The notes: generated by a model not told the origin, from the sequence alone. A stretch of 44,380 nt of DNA from an uncultured Rhodobacterales bacterium (GCA_964535075.1 CAZHRQ010000004.1:1-44380); one strand, 5' to 3'. Shown: positions 18,101-27,722, numbered from the stretch's first letter. Translations and numbers: made by a program.

Positions 18101-18131
18101 GGGGGCAACGGGGCGACCGTTGCCCCCTTTC
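18101..18131 (+). terminator. Intrinsic terminator after the cytochrome pair
   Basis: GGGGGCAACGG-ggcga-CCGTTGCCCCC followed by tttctt. Confidence 0.75.
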
Positions 18132-18197
18132 TTATTGGTGTCGGCCGTCCGAGGGCGGCAGGGAGCGCACTCAAAGCACGTTTTTTTGGAAACGCCA

Positions 18198-18226
18198 CTG
18201 TCATGGAACGGTCCTGAAACCTTGAT
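18198..18226 (+). promoter_or_regulatory. PHO box (PhoB binding site) upstream of ugpB
   Basis: 11-bp periodic CTGTCAT-GGAA-CGGTCCT-GAAA-CCTTGAT; ugp is a classic Pho regulon operon. Confidence 0.7.
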
Positions 18227-18299
18227 TTGTGTTGGCCCGGGTTCCGATGGACAAAGCGAGCAGCCGATTTTCCAGGCGGATCAACAGGGGGACCGACCC

Positions 18300-19652
18300 A
18301 TGCCGCATCATCGTCTCAGCCTGTCTACCCGCAGCCGTATGGCTGCCCTCGGCCTGGGCGCCGTGGCGCTGACCATGCCGGCGTTCGCCCATGCGGCCAC
18401 GGAAATCACTTGGTGGCACGCCATGGGGGGCGAGTTGGGCGAGAAGGTCAACGAAATCGCCGAGGGCTTCAACAAGTCCCAGGACACCTACGTGGTGAAG
18501 CCGGTCTACAAGGGGTCCTATCCCCAGACCATGACCTCCGCCATCGCCGCCTTTCGCGCCCACCAACAACCCCATATCGTGCAGGTGTTCGAGGTGGGAA
18601 CCGCCACCATGATGAGCGCCAAGGGCGCCATCTATCCCGTCTATAAGTTGATGAAGGACACCGGGCAGGCCTTCGATCCCAAGGCCTATCTGGCGGCTGT
18701 GACGTCCTACTACGTGGACAACGACGGCCACATGCTGTCCATGCCCTTCAATTCCTCCACCGCGGTGGTGTACTACAACAAAGATGCCTTCAAGAAGGCG
18801 GGGCTGGACCCCAATAGTCCTCCCAAGACCTGGAGCGAACTGGCCGAGGCCGGCAAGAAGATCGTGGAAAGTGGTGCGGCCGAATGCGGCTTCACCAGCA
18901 CCTGGCAATCGTGGATCCAGCTTGAGAACTTCTCCGCCTGGCACAACGTACCGTTTGCCAGCAACAATAACGGCTATGCGGCCATCAAGGGCACGAAGCT
19001 GGAATACAACGGCGATCTGCAGAAGCGCCACATCAAGAACCTGGGGGAATGGCGCAAGGCTGGCATTTTCAAGTATGGTGGCCGGGAATCCAAAGGCATG
19101 CCCCTGTATTACTCGGGGACCTGTGCCGTCACCATGGGGTCCTCTGCCTCTCGGGCCGGGGTGCTGCAGAACGCTAAGGGGTTTGAGACCGGCGTGACCA
19201 TGTTGCCCTATTATGCCGACGTGAAGGGGGCGCCCCAGAACTCCATTATCGGCGGTGCCTCTCTGTGGGTGCTGCAGGGGCACAAGAAGGGCGACTACAA
19301 GGGCGTGGCCGAGTTCTTCACCTATCTTTCCAGGCCCGAGGTTCAGGCCGACTGGCACCAGGCCACCGGCTATCTGCCCATCACCACGGCCGCCTATGAG
19401 CTCACCAAGAAACAGGGGTATTACACCAAGAACCCCGGGGCCGAAGTGGCCATCAAGCAGATGACTCTTAACCCGCCCACCCCCAACTCCCGGGGCCTGC
19501 GTCTGGGCAACATGGTGCAGATCCGGGACATCAACAACGAAGAGCTGGAAAACGTGTGGTCCGGCAATACCGAGGCCGCCAAGGCCCTGGATACTGCCGT
19601 GGCACGCGGTGACAAGGAACTGGAAAAGTTCGCCCGTCAGGCTGGGCACTGA
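18300..19652 (+). CDS. ugpB: sn-glycerol-3-phosphate ABC transporter substrate-binding protein
   Basis: TEITWWHAMGGELG, QVFEVGTATMM, SMPFNSST, QNSIIGGASLWV, GLRLGN. Confidence 0.93.
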   Translation: MPHHRLSLSTRSRMAALGLGAVALTMPAFAHAATEITWWHAMGGELGEKVNEIAEGFNKSQDTYVVKPVYKGSYPQTMTSAIAAFRAHQQPHIVQVFEVGTATMMSAKGAIYPVYKLMKDTGQAFDPKAYLAAVTSYYVDNDGHMLSMPFNSSTAVVYYNKDAFKKAGLDPNSPPKTWSELAEAGKKIVESGAAECGFTSTWQSWIQLENFSAWHNVPFASNNNGYAAIKGTKLEYNGDLQKRHIKNLGEWRKAGIFKYGGRESKGMPLYYSGTCAVTMGSSASRAGVLQNAKGFETGVTMLPYYADVKGAPQNSIIGGASLWVLQGHKKGDYKGVAEFFTYLSRPEVQADWHQATGYLPITTAAYELTKKQGYYTKNPGAEVAIKQMTLNPPTPNSRGLRLGNMVQIRDINNEELENVWSGNTEAAKALDTAVARGDKELEKFARQAGH

Positions 19653-19659
19653 TCACCGG

Positions 19660-19684
19660 GCGGGAGGCCCGGGGGGCCTCCCGC
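19660..19684 (+). other. Intercistronic stem-loop after ugpB (likely mRNA stabiliser)
   Basis: GCGGGAGGCCC-ggg-GGGCCTCCCGC with no U tract. Confidence 0.55.
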
Positions 19685-19755
19685 GCCTGACGGGAACCCG
19701 GCAGGGGGTTCAACCCGCCCGGGGCGCCCGGGCATGAGCGGGAGAGAACGTGGCT

Positions 19756-20640
19756 ATGCAGACCAAGCGCGTCGTGTTCCGGCATCGGTTCATGCCCTAT
19801 GTTTTTGTTCTCCCACAGTTGATCATTACCTTCATTTTCTTCCTGTGGCCGGCAGCGCAAGCCATTTTCCAGTCTGTTCTGCAGGAAAACGCCTTCGGTA
19901 CTTCCACAACCTTCGTGGGGCTGGAGAATTTTCGCGATCTTCTGCAGGATTCTGTTTATTTAAGCAGTTTCAAGACCACGCTGATCTTCAGTGCCGCCAC
20001 CGCCCTGCTGGCCATGGCCACCGCCCTGGTGCTGGCGGTGGTGGCGGATCGGGTGATCCGGGGGACTCATACCTATCGCACCTTTCTGATCTGGCCCTAT
20101 GCGGTGGCTCCGGCCGTCTCCGGGGTGCTGTGGTGGTTCCTGTTCAACCCCACCCTGGGCATCGCCGCCTACGTGCTGCGGCAGGTGGGGGTGGACTGGG
20201 ACCCGGCCACCTTCGGCACCCAGGCCATGGTGCTGGTGATCATCGCCGCCGCCTGGAAACAGGTGAGCTATAACTTCCTGTTTTTTCTGGCCGGACTGCA
20301 GTCCATTCCCCACAGCCTGATCGAGGCCGCCGCCATCGACGGCGCCGGACCCGTCAAGCGCTTCTGGACCGTGGTGGTGCCGCTGCTGACGCCCACCGTG
20401 TTCTTCCTGGGGGTCATCAATCTGGTCTACGCCTTTTTCGATACCTTCGCGGTGATCGACGCCACCACCCAGGGGGGGCCAGGCACCGATACCACCATCC
20501 TGGTCTACAAGGTGTGGCGGGATGGCTTCATCGGCCAGGACCTTGGCGGATCGGCAGCCCAGTCGGTGGTGCTGATGGTGATCGCCATCCTGCTCACCGT
20601 AGTGCAGTTCCGCTATGTGGAACGGCACGTGAACTATTGA
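19756..20640 (+). CDS. ugpA: G3P ABC transporter permease
   Basis: [23 protein letters not shown] motif [18 protein letters not shown]. Confidence 0.93.
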   Translation: MQTKRVVFRHRFMPYVFVLPQLIITFIFFLWPAAQAIFQSVLQENAFGTSTTFVGLENFRDLLQDSVYLSSFKTTLIFSAATALLAMATALVLAVVADRVIRGTHTYRTFLIWPYAVAPAVSGVLWWFLFNPTLGIAAYVLRQVGVDWDPATFGTQAMVLVIIAAAWKQVSYNFLFFLAGLQSIPHSLIEAAAIDGAGPVKRFWTVVVPLLTPTVFFLGVINLVYAFFDTFAVIDATTQGGPGTDTTILVYKVWRDGFIGQDLGGSAAQSVVLMVIAILLTVVQFRYVERHVNY

Positions 20641-20673
20641 GCCCAAACGCCGATCGGGGAAGGGAGAGTCGCC

Positions 20674-21522
20674 ATGGTGGAAAATCGCCCGCTTCTGAAT
20701 GTGTTGAGCCACTTGGTGCTGCTCGGAGGCGTGGCGCTCGTGGTGTTGCCCATCTGGGTGGCCTTCGTGGCTTCCACCCTCAGCCCGGAGGGGTTCCTGA
20801 GTGGTACCCTGCCGTTGCTGCCCGGCCCGCATCTGGTGGAAAACTATCTCTCGGTGCTGACCAGTGGCGTCCAGTCCTCGGGCACGCCCTCCATCGCCTT
20901 GATGCTGGCCAACAGCCTGATCATGGCGATGGGGATCGCCCTGGGCAAGATCGCCATTTCCCTGTTGTCGGCCTTTGCCATTGTCTATTTCCAGTTTCCT
21001 TTCCGGGTGGGCGTGTTTTGGATCATTTTTATCACCCTGATGTTGCCGGTGGAAGTGCGTATTCTTCCTACCTTTGAGGTGGCCAGTGATCTGGGACTGT
21101 TGAACTCCTATTCCGGCCTGATCCTGCCGCTGATCGCCAGTGCCACAGCCACGTTCCTGTTCCGTCAGTTCTTCATGACAGTGCCGGAAGAACTGACGGA
21201 GGCGGCCCGTATTGATGGTGCCGGACCATGGCGTTTTTTCCGGGACATTCTGATGCCCATGTCCCGCACCAATATTGCGGCCCTGTTTGTTATTCTATTC
21301 ATTTATGGCTGGAACCAGTATCTGTGGCCCCTGATTGTGACCACGGAACAGCATTACTACACCATCGTCATGGGGATTCAGCGTCTGGTGACCGTCTCCA
21401 ACGAGCAGCCGCAATGGCATCTGGTGATGGCCACCACCATGCTGGCCATGCTGCCGCCGGTGGCGGTGATTGTGTTCATGCAGCGTCTGTTTGTGCAGGG
21501 CCTGACCGAAACAGAAAAATGA
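20674..21522 (+). CDS. ugpE: G3P ABC transporter permease
   Basis: MVENRP, LMLPVEVRI, ASATATFLFRQFF, EAARIDGAG, WNQYLWP, GLTETEK. Confidence 0.93.
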   Translation: MVENRPLLNVLSHLVLLGGVALVVLPIWVAFVASTLSPEGFLSGTLPLLPGPHLVENYLSVLTSGVQSSGTPSIALMLANSLIMAMGIALGKIAISLLSAFAIVYFQFPFRVGVFWIIFITLMLPVEVRILPTFEVASDLGLLNSYSGLILPLIASATATFLFRQFFMTVPEELTEAARIDGAGPWRFFRDILMPMSRTNIAALFVILFIYGWNQYLWPLIVTTEQHYYTIVMGIQRLVTVSNEQPQWHLVMATTMLAMLPPVAVIVFMQRLFVQGLTETEK

Positions 21523-21570
21523 AGACTCCCGGCGGCACTGTCGGGGAATCGCAACACAGGAGTGTCGTCC

Positions 21571-22674
21571 ATGGTCGCCATTTCGCTTGAGGGTCTGCGC
21601 AAGGTCTACCCGGGAGGGGTGGAGGCGGTGAAGGGCATTTCCCTGGATATCGCCGACGGCCAGATGGTGGTGCTGGTGGGGCCCTCGGGGTGCGGCAAAT
21701 CCACCCTGTTGCGCATGGTGGCCGGGCTGGAAACCATTACCGACGGGGCCCTGCGGATCGGCGACCGGCGGGTAAACGATCTGGAGCCGGGCCAGCGTGA
21801 CATCGCCATGGTGTTCCAGAACTACGCCCTGTATCCCCACATGACGGTGCGCCGCAATCTCAGTTATGGATTGCAGAATCACGGCTTTCCCAAGGCCGAG
21901 ATCGTCCGCCGCGTGGATCAGGCGGCCACCATGCTGGAAATCGCCGACTTCCTGGACCGCAAGCCCCGTCAGCTTTCGGGCGGTCAGCGGCAGCGGGTGG
22001 CCATGGGGCGGGCCATCGTCCGGGAACCGTCCGTGTTCCTGTTCGACGAACCCCTGTCCAACTTGGACGCCAAGCTGCGGGTGCAGATGCGTGTGGAAAT
22101 CCGCAAGCTGCAACGCAAGCTGGGCACCACCAGCCTGTACGTGACCCACGACCAGATGGAGGCCATGACCCTGGCCGATCTGCTGGTGGTGATGAACCAG
22201 GGGCGGGTGGAGCAGGCCGGTTCCAGCATTGCCCTGTATGAACGGCCCGAGACCCGATTCGTGGCCACCTTTATTGGCTCGCCGCAGATGAACATCCTGC
22301 CGGGAGAGATCACCGACGGCGGCATCGCCCTGGGGTCCCGGGTGCGGCTGCCCGTGAGTCTCGCCACCTCTCACCCCCGGGTGTGGGTGGGGGTGCGGCC
22401 GGAGCACTTGGCTGTGGTTCCCGAACACGCCACGGCGGAGGAAGGTCTGTGCCTGCCCCTGACCGTCATGACCCTGGAGCCTGTGGGCGCTGAGACCCTG
22501 GTGCATGCCCGCCTGGACGGCCTGGACAAGGAAACGGACGTGGTGCTGCGTATCCCCGGAACCCATGGCAGCGATGTGGTGGGGGATCATCTGATGGCCC
22601 AGGCCCCCCTGCACGCCCTGCATTACTTCGACTACGAGACCGATCAACGAGTGGACGTCGCCCCCCGCGCCTGA
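21571..22674 (+). CDS. ugpC: G3P ABC transporter ATP-binding protein
   Basis: [42 protein letters not shown]; AGGAG RBS before ATG 21571. Confidence 0.93.
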   Translation: MVAISLEGLRKVYPGGVEAVKGISLDIADGQMVVLVGPSGCGKSTLLRMVAGLETITDGALRIGDRRVNDLEPGQRDIAMVFQNYALYPHMTVRRNLSYGLQNHGFPKAEIVRRVDQAATMLEIADFLDRKPRQLSGGQRQRVAMGRAIVREPSVFLFDEPLSNLDAKLRVQMRVEIRKLQRKLGTTSLYVTHDQMEAMTLADLLVVMNQGRVEQAGSSIALYERPETRFVATFIGSPQMNILPGEITDGGIALGSRVRLPVSLATSHPRVWVGVRPEHLAVVPEHATAEEGLCLPLTVMTLEPVGAETLVHARLDGLDKETDVVLRIPGTHGSDVVGDHLMAQAPLHALHYFDYETDQRVDVAPRA

Positions 22675-23243
22675 TGGTCGCCCCACGGGAGACGCCGAGG
22701 GGCCGCCCGGTGGGGGTGGATCCACAGCACCGTCCCCCGTGCCACCCGGGCCAGTACCGCCCGCAACGCCGGCGCGGTCAGGGCTACGCAGCCCTCCGTG
22801 GGGGTGCGCTCGGGCCGCATCACATGCAGGAACAGGGCGCTGCCCCGGCCCGGCACCACCGGCCGGTCGTTGGCGCCGAACACCACCACCAGATCATAGA
22901 GGCCGTCCGTGCGCCACAGCGCTTCGTGCCGGGCGGGGAAGGGCAGGGGGACCCAGCGGTTGTAGCAGGGATGGGGGGGATCGTCGCACCAGCCGTCGCT
23001 TCGTCGGGTGCGGCGGCCGGGCAGACGGGTGTGGGGGCGCGGGCCCCGGTCGGCCCGCCAGTACAGGCCGCGCAGGGCAAAGCGGCCCACCGGGGTGATG
23101 CCGTCGCCCTCCTGGCGCTTGATATGGACACCGCCGCGCCCCAGCACGCAGGGCCACGCCCGGGGGCCAGCGCTCAGCACCCCGGCATGGGGGCCCGTGG
23201 CCCGGACGTGCAGGGTGCGGAGGCAGGGGCTCGGGGCGGTCAT
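22644..23243 (-). CDS. L,D-transpeptidase family protein (YkuD/COG3786-type), no signal peptide
   Basis: [22 protein letters not shown]...TEGCVAL (His/Cys catalytic pair); ATGA overlap with the upstream gene. Confidence 0.85.
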   Translation of the reverse strand: MTAPSPCLRTLHVRATGPHAGVLSAGPRAWPCVLGRGGVHIKRQEGDGITPVGRFALRGLYWRADRGPRPHTRLPGRRTRRSDGWCDDPPHPCYNRWVPLPFPARHEALWRTDGLYDLVVVFGANDRPVVPGRGSALFLHVMRPERTPTEGCVALTAPALRAVLARVARGTVLWIHPHRAAPRRLPWGDHQARGATSTR

Positions 23244-24265
23244 CCGCCGCGTTTGCCGCCCAGGGCCTCGTAGCGGTCCAGGGCCTCGTAGCGGTCCAGG
23301 GCCTGGGCCATGACCTGGGACAGATTCTGCGGCGGGCCGTCCTGGGCCGCCGCCAGCAGGGGATGGGCGGGCGGTGTCTGGGCCGCCGCCGATTCGCCGC
23401 CCGTCGTGGAAGCAGGGGGGGCAGAAGCCGGGGAAGCGGACGCCGAGGGGGCCGGGGCCGCCTGCGGCAGATCATAACCGGAGGCGGGGCCCGCCCGCGA
23501 CCAATCACTGTCCGGGGCACTGCCCGGCGCTCGGCCGCCCTGGGCCAGGGCTTGAGCCGCCTGCACCGAGGGCGGCGGAGCCGCCATGGCCTCGGCATCG
23601 CTCAGTTCCTGGGCCTGTAACAAGGAGGCCAGGGCCTGGGGAGTGGGCGGGGCGTCCACCATGCCTTCCGCCCGGGCAAAGCTGCCAAAGGTGGCCGGGC
23701 TCGCGCCCTCGCCCCAGGCGGGATCGCCGCCCAATTGGCTCAGGCGGCTGCGTTCGCTCAGGCTGGGCTGGGCGTTGCGCACCAGATCCTCGCGGTTGAA
23801 GCGAAACAGCCGGCCGCCATCGGAGGCTTCCGCCGCCGCCTTTTCCTGGGCGGCGGTAAGATCGCGTGGCGTGGCGCCCAAAGCTTCGGTGCGGCCGCTG
23901 TCGGCCGCGGCGTTGGCGAAAAGCTGGTTCACCTTCACCGCCCCTTGGTCCGCATTGGCTGCGTCCTGCGGCGGCGTGGAGGCGGTCGGCGTGGTTCCCG
24001 CCGCGTGCTGGGCACCCGTGGCGCCCTGAGACGTCGGCGCGGCGGCCGGCAGCGGGGAGGTCGCCGCTTGGGCCGTCTGGGCCTCGCCGCCCCGGCCCGG
24101 CAGCAGGTTCAGGGGATTGAGGGCGCTGAGCACATCCCCGAAGGTCAGCCCCCGGGTGTCCACCACCACCTTCTGCCCCACGTATTCCACGCCCTCCTGA
24201 TGGGCCCGCCATTGCGCCGACCCGGGACGCAGGACCTGCGTAACGCTTTCCTGATCGTAGGCCAT
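23240..24265 (-). CDS. Hypothetical protein, Ala/Pro/Gln-rich, with LTFGDVLSALNPL and C-terminal MAQALDRY motifs
   Basis: GGAGAGGA RBS before ATG 24265; open to TGA 23240; translationally coupled to the L,D-transpeptidase. Confidence 0.75.
   Translation of the reverse strand: MAYDQESVTQVLRPGSAQWRAHQEGVEYVGQKVVVDTRGLTFGDVLSALNPLNLLPGRGGEAQTAQAATSPLPAAAPTSQGATGAQHAAGTTPTASTPPQDAANADQGAVKVNQLFANAAADSGRTEALGATPRDLTAAQEKAAAEASDGGRLFRFNREDLVRNAQPSLSERSRLSQLGGDPAWGEGASPATFGSFARAEGMVDAPPTPQALASLLQAQELSDAEAMAAPPPSVQAAQALAQGGRAPGSAPDSDWSRAGPASGYDLPQAAPAPSASASPASAPPASTTGGESAAAQTPPAHPLLAAAQDGPPQNLSQVMAQALDRYEALDRYEALGGKRGG
23260..23304. repeat. In-frame 18-bp tandem repeat (2.5 copies), encoding ALDRYE twice
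   Basis: CCAGGGCCTCGTAGCGGT x2 + CCAGGGCCT. Confidence 0.9.
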
Positions 24266-24335
24266 GCCATCCTCTCCCAACCATCCCGCATGGGGTCCCG
24301 GGGGGACCACGTGGTACCACGCCCCGGACCCCTGT

Positions 24336-24367
24336 TGAGTTCTTGCCCCAATGAGTTCTTGCCCCAA
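24336..24367. repeat. Exact 16-bp tandem duplication at the predicted transcription start
   Basis: TGAGTTCTTGCCCCAA x2. Confidence 0.9.
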
Positions 24368-24372
24368 CAGGA

Positions 24373-24388
24373 AGCAACTCTCATGCCA
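24373..24388 (-). promoter_or_regulatory. Sigma54 -24/-12 promoter for the hypothetical + L,D-transpeptidase operon
   Basis: Minus strand TGGCATGAGAGTTGCT (GG-N10-GC, near consensus TGGCAC-N5-TTGCW). Confidence 0.75.
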
Positions 24389-24430
24389 TACCATGCAAGG
24401 CGGAGTCGCCGACCGTGATCCCGGGCACGG

Positions 24431-24481
24431 GGCGGCAAGTTTTGCCCGGCCGGCAGCCTCCTCCCGGCAGCCTCCGCCGGG
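24431..24481. promoter_or_regulatory. Two FlbD-type ftr enhancer-like palindromes
   Basis: GGCGGCAAGTTTTGCCCGG (24431-24449) and CCCGGCAGCCTCCGCCGGG (24463-24481) versus the Caulobacter ftr consensus CCCGGCARNNNYTGCCGGG. Confidence 0.65.
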
Positions 24482-24625
24482 CCCTGGTTCTTGGGCGGCG
24501 CCTGGGGTAAGGTGGCGGGGAACACAGGGCGCGAGAGACTCTAGGGGGGCCGAACCATTTCGGAACTGGATCCATCCACCATCGCCGGTCAGGGCGATCA
24601 GGATCTGCTGGAAACCGGGGCGGCC

Positions 24626-25549
24626 ATGCGCTGGGTGGTGGCGGGGGACCGTTCCCTGCGCACCGCCACCTGGCCGGCCGAGGGAGACCACCCGGCCGGC
24701 ACCGTGGTGTTGCTCAACGGCCGCTCCGAGTTCCTGGAAAAGTACCTGGAGCCCATCGCCCAGATGCGCAGCCGGGGGTTCGTGGTGCACAGCCTGGACT
24801 GGCACGGCCAGGGCCTGTCCCAGCGCATGTTGGCGGAACGCGGCAAGGGCCACCTGCGGGATCCGGACCACTATCAGGAGGACCTGCGTGCCTTCCTGGC
24901 CACCTTGCCGGCGGACAGCCCCCGGCCGGTGCTGTGGCTGGCCCATTCCATGGGCGCCCACATTGCCCTGCGCCACCTCGCCACCCAACCCCAGGCGGCC
25001 GATGGGGCCCTGTTGCTGGCGCCGCTTATCGCCGTGCGCTGGCCCGTGCCCGCTTGGCTGGCGCGTCTGGTGGTCCGGAGTGCGGAACGGCTGGGGGCTG
25101 AGGAAGCCCTGGCCTGGGGGCAGTCGGCGACACCGCGCCCGCCGCAGTTCACCAACAATGCGTATACCGGCGACGCCGAGCGTTTCCAACTGCACCGCTG
25201 GTGGACGGATCACCGGCCGCTGTTGCATGTGGGCGGCGTCACCTGGGGCTGGCTGGCGGCCATCTCCCGGTCCATGGATCGCTTGCGGGCGCCGGGGGTG
25301 GCGGAGGCGGTGACCACGCCCACCGTGCTGTGTCTGGCCGGACGGGAGCGGGTGGTGGACAACAACGCCGTCCGTCGTTTTGCCCGCCGCATGCCCCGGG
25401 CCCGGCTGGAATATTTTACCCACGCCCGTCACGAAATCCTGTTCGAGCGGGCGCCGGTGCGTGACCGGTTCTGGGCCCTGTTCGATGCCTTCAGCCAGGA
25501 TCCCGAGGGCGTGGTGGCGGCCGTGCCCGCCCATGGGCGGGGGGCATGA
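24626..25549 (+). CDS. Alpha/beta hydrolase, lysophospholipase L2 (PldB)-like
   Basis: GRSEFLEKY, DWHGQGLS, nucleophile elbow AHSMG, ARHEILFE. Confidence 0.88.
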   Translation: MRWVVAGDRSLRTATWPAEGDHPAGTVVLLNGRSEFLEKYLEPIAQMRSRGFVVHSLDWHGQGLSQRMLAERGKGHLRDPDHYQEDLRAFLATLPADSPRPVLWLAHSMGAHIALRHLATQPQAADGALLLAPLIAVRWPVPAWLARLVVRSAERLGAEEALAWGQSATPRPPQFTNNAYTGDAERFQLHRWWTDHRPLLHVGGVTWGWLAAISRSMDRLRAPGVAEAVTTPTVLCLAGRERVVDNNAVRRFARRMPRARLEYFTHARHEILFERAPVRDRFWALFDAFSQDPEGVVAAVPAHGRGA

Positions 25550-25791
25550 CCGCCATCCGGCCGGAAAAACGCTCGGTGCGGGTGGCGGGGCATGCCACCA
25601 GCATTTCCCTGGAGCCGCCCTTCTGGGCGGCGCTGCACCATCTGGCCCAGGCGCGGGGGCAGTCCCTCAATGCCCTGGTCTCGGAGGTGGACCGCCAACG
25701 CCAGGGCAACCTGTCCAGTGCGCTGCGGGTGTTCGTGCTGTGCGAGGTGGCCCCCGCTTATTGCCATGCCCCCCAAGTGGCGGATACGTGA
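25546..25791 (+). CDS. Ribbon-helix-helix domain protein (RHH_4/COG4321)
   Basis: KRSVRVAGHATSISLEPPFW, NLSSALRVFVL; ATGA overlap with the hydrolase. Confidence 0.88.
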   Translation: MTAIRPEKRSVRVAGHATSISLEPPFWAALHHLAQARGQSLNALVSEVDRQRQGNLSSALRVFVLCEVAPAYCHAPQVADT

Positions 25792-25976
25792 TGTGGACTC
25801 GTCCGTTTTCCTGGGGGCTGCTGGTCGGTTTGGCGTGGAACGCCCCAGCCGGGGGCGGCGGAGACCAAGGTCGAGCAGAGCACCGCCGCCGGGACGGTCA
25901 CGGTGGCCATCCCCCGCCCCGGGAGAAGATCATGTCGCTGCCCAAGCCCAAGGGGGCGGGGGGTGTCTACGGCTGA

Positions 25977-26010
25977 AAACGGCCGTGGCCGGGACTCACC
26001 GGCCACGGCT
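25977..26010 (-). terminator. Probable terminator of the P460-family gene
   Basis: Minus strand GCCGTGGCCGG-tgagtc-CCGGCCACGGC followed by cgtttt. Confidence 0.55.
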
Positions 26011-26034
26011 TGCGCGGCGTAAGGCCGTCAGGGA

Positions 26035-26574
26035 TCAGTTCTTGTAGCGGTCATTGTTGAACACATAGTCGCCACCGGGGGCGTTCTTGTGGCAGGCGAT
26101 GCAGCCCTGGTTGCTGCCCTTGCCCACCTTGCCGGCCAGGGCGATACCCTTGGGATTTTTCATCACCCCGCCCTCGGGGTCGTATTTGACATAGTACCAG
26201 TTGTCATGCTCGGGGTCGTACTGGTCCCGGCGCAGCATCACGGTAATGGATTTCAGGAATTTGCCGGGGGTGTTCCCCACACTGTCCACCGAGGCACCTT
26301 CGCCGCCAAAGTTCTTTTTCACCAGCACGTTGGAGGTGGCGTCGGTCAGGGGGATGGGGCCGTCAAGGGTCTCCAGGATGGCGCCATGGGGCTCCATGCC
26401 CTGGTAGGGACGCACCCGGATGGCGTTGTCCCCCACGTAGTGACCTTTTTCCAGGGCCTGCCACAGGGTCTTGGCGTAGGTGATATCCGCTTCGGTCCCG
26501 AAGGGGGCGTCGGCGGCGTGGGCGCTGCCCGTGGCCAGGGCCAGGCTAAACAGGGCTAGGGTCTGATACCGCAT
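26035..26574 (-). CDS. Cytochrome P460 / c'-beta family c-type cytochrome
   Basis: Signal peptide; LVKKN, ITVM, YDPEHDNWYYVKY, C-terminal CIACH...DYVF. Confidence 0.8.
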   Translation of the reverse strand: MRYQTLALFSLALATGSAHAADAPFGTEADITYAKTLWQALEKGHYVGDNAIRVRPYQGMEPHGAILETLDGPIPLTDATSNVLVKKNFGGEGASVDSVGNTPGKFLKSITVMLRRDQYDPEHDNWYYVKYDPEGGVMKNPKGIALAGKVGKGSNQGCIACHKNAPGGDYVFNNDRYKN

Positions 26575-26753
26575 GCTTTTTCTCTCCCGCGTCTTGGTTG
26601 TGAATACGCGGCCAAGCGTTTTCCGGACCGCACGCCATTGGAGGATGCGGGCGGGTACGAGGTCACGAATTATTTTTGGTTTTTTTTCGGTGACCCGACA
26701 GCGGCGAGCTCTCTCCAAGGGGGGAGTCATCACGCCAATCAAGGGAGGCTCCC

Positions 26754-27722
26754 ATGCGATACCTTCTCTCTTTCCTTTTGCTGATCGGAATGTTCGAGCC
26801 GGCGGCGGCGGACGTGCCCGCCGCCTGGACGCGGGATTTCCCGCACACGGATTTCACCCGTCACACGGTGCCGTTCTCGGAAATCCGTCCTGGCGGACCG
26901 CCCCGCGACGGCATTCCCGCTATCACGGAGCCGGTCTTCGTGCCCGTGGCCGACAGTGCCCTGGACGAGGAGTCGCCGGTGATCAGCCTCGCCCTGGGCG
27001 AAACGGCCCGGGCCTATCCGTTGCGGGTGCTCATGTGGCACGAGATCGTCAACGACCGCCTGGACGACATGCCGGTGGCGGTGACCTGGTGCCCCCTGTG
27101 CAACAGCGCTGTAGCCTTTGACCGCCGGCTGGACGGCCGCCCGCTTACCTTCGGCACCACCGGCCGACTGCGGCACTCGGACATGATCATGTATGATCGG
27201 GAAACGGAAACTTGGTGGCAGCAGGCCCTGGGCGAAGGCATTGTGGGCCGGCACGCGGGCCGCACCCTCACCCGGTTGCCGGCGCGGCTGGAAAGCCTGG
27301 GGCGGTTCCGGGCGCGCCATCCCCGGGGGGCGGTGCTGGTGCCCCATGATCCCGAGGCGCGTTCCTACGGCCGCAACCCCTACGTGGGCTACGACCGGGC
27401 GGAGCGGCCCTTCCTCTATGACGGGCGCTACGACCGCCCTTTGCCGCCGTTGGCGCGGGTGGTGGCGGTGGGGGACCGGGCCTGGAGTCTTGAGGCCGTG
27501 CGCCGGGCCGGCACCCTGGAGACCGAGGACGGCCTGCGTCTTCTCTGGCAGCCCGGGCGCCGGTCGGCGGTGGATGCCGCCACCGTGGCCGGCGGCCGCG
27601 ACGTGGGGCAGGTGGTGGTGCAGCGCCGGAACCCCGAGGGCCAGTGGCGGGACGTGCCCTACGACATGCCCTTTGCCTTTGCCTTCGACGCCTTTCACCC
27701 CGAGGCCCCGATCCATCAGTAA
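26754..27722 (+). CDS. DUF3179 domain exported protein (CxxC form)
   Basis: GGPPRDGIPAI, ARAYP, WHEIVND, WCPLCNS, FGTTGRLRHSDMIMYDRETETWWQQ, FAFAFDAFHP. Confidence 0.88.
   Translation: MRYLLSFLLLIGMFEPAAADVPAAWTRDFPHTDFTRHTVPFSEIRPGGPPRDGIPAITEPVFVPVADSALDEESPVISLALGETARAYPLRVLMWHEIVNDRLDDMPVAVTWCPLCNSAVAFDRRLDGRPLTFGTTGRLRHSDMIMYDRETETWWQQALGEGIVGRHAGRTLTRLPARLESLGRFRARHPRGAVLVPHDPEARSYGRNPYVGYDRAERPFLYDGRYDRPLPPLARVVAVGDRAWSLEAVRRAGTLETEDGLRLLWQPGRRSAVDAATVAGGRDVGQVVVQRRNPEGQWRDVPYDMPFAFAFDAFHPEAPIHQ

Noticed and set aside
24266-25534. N-terminal 423 aa of the 764-aa minus ORF
   Set aside because: Overlaps the hydrolase antisense and the promoter region; the real start is ATG 24265 with an RBS
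26754-27722. Selenocysteine recoding in DUF3179
   Set aside because: CPLC is encoded by TGC codons; no in-frame TGA
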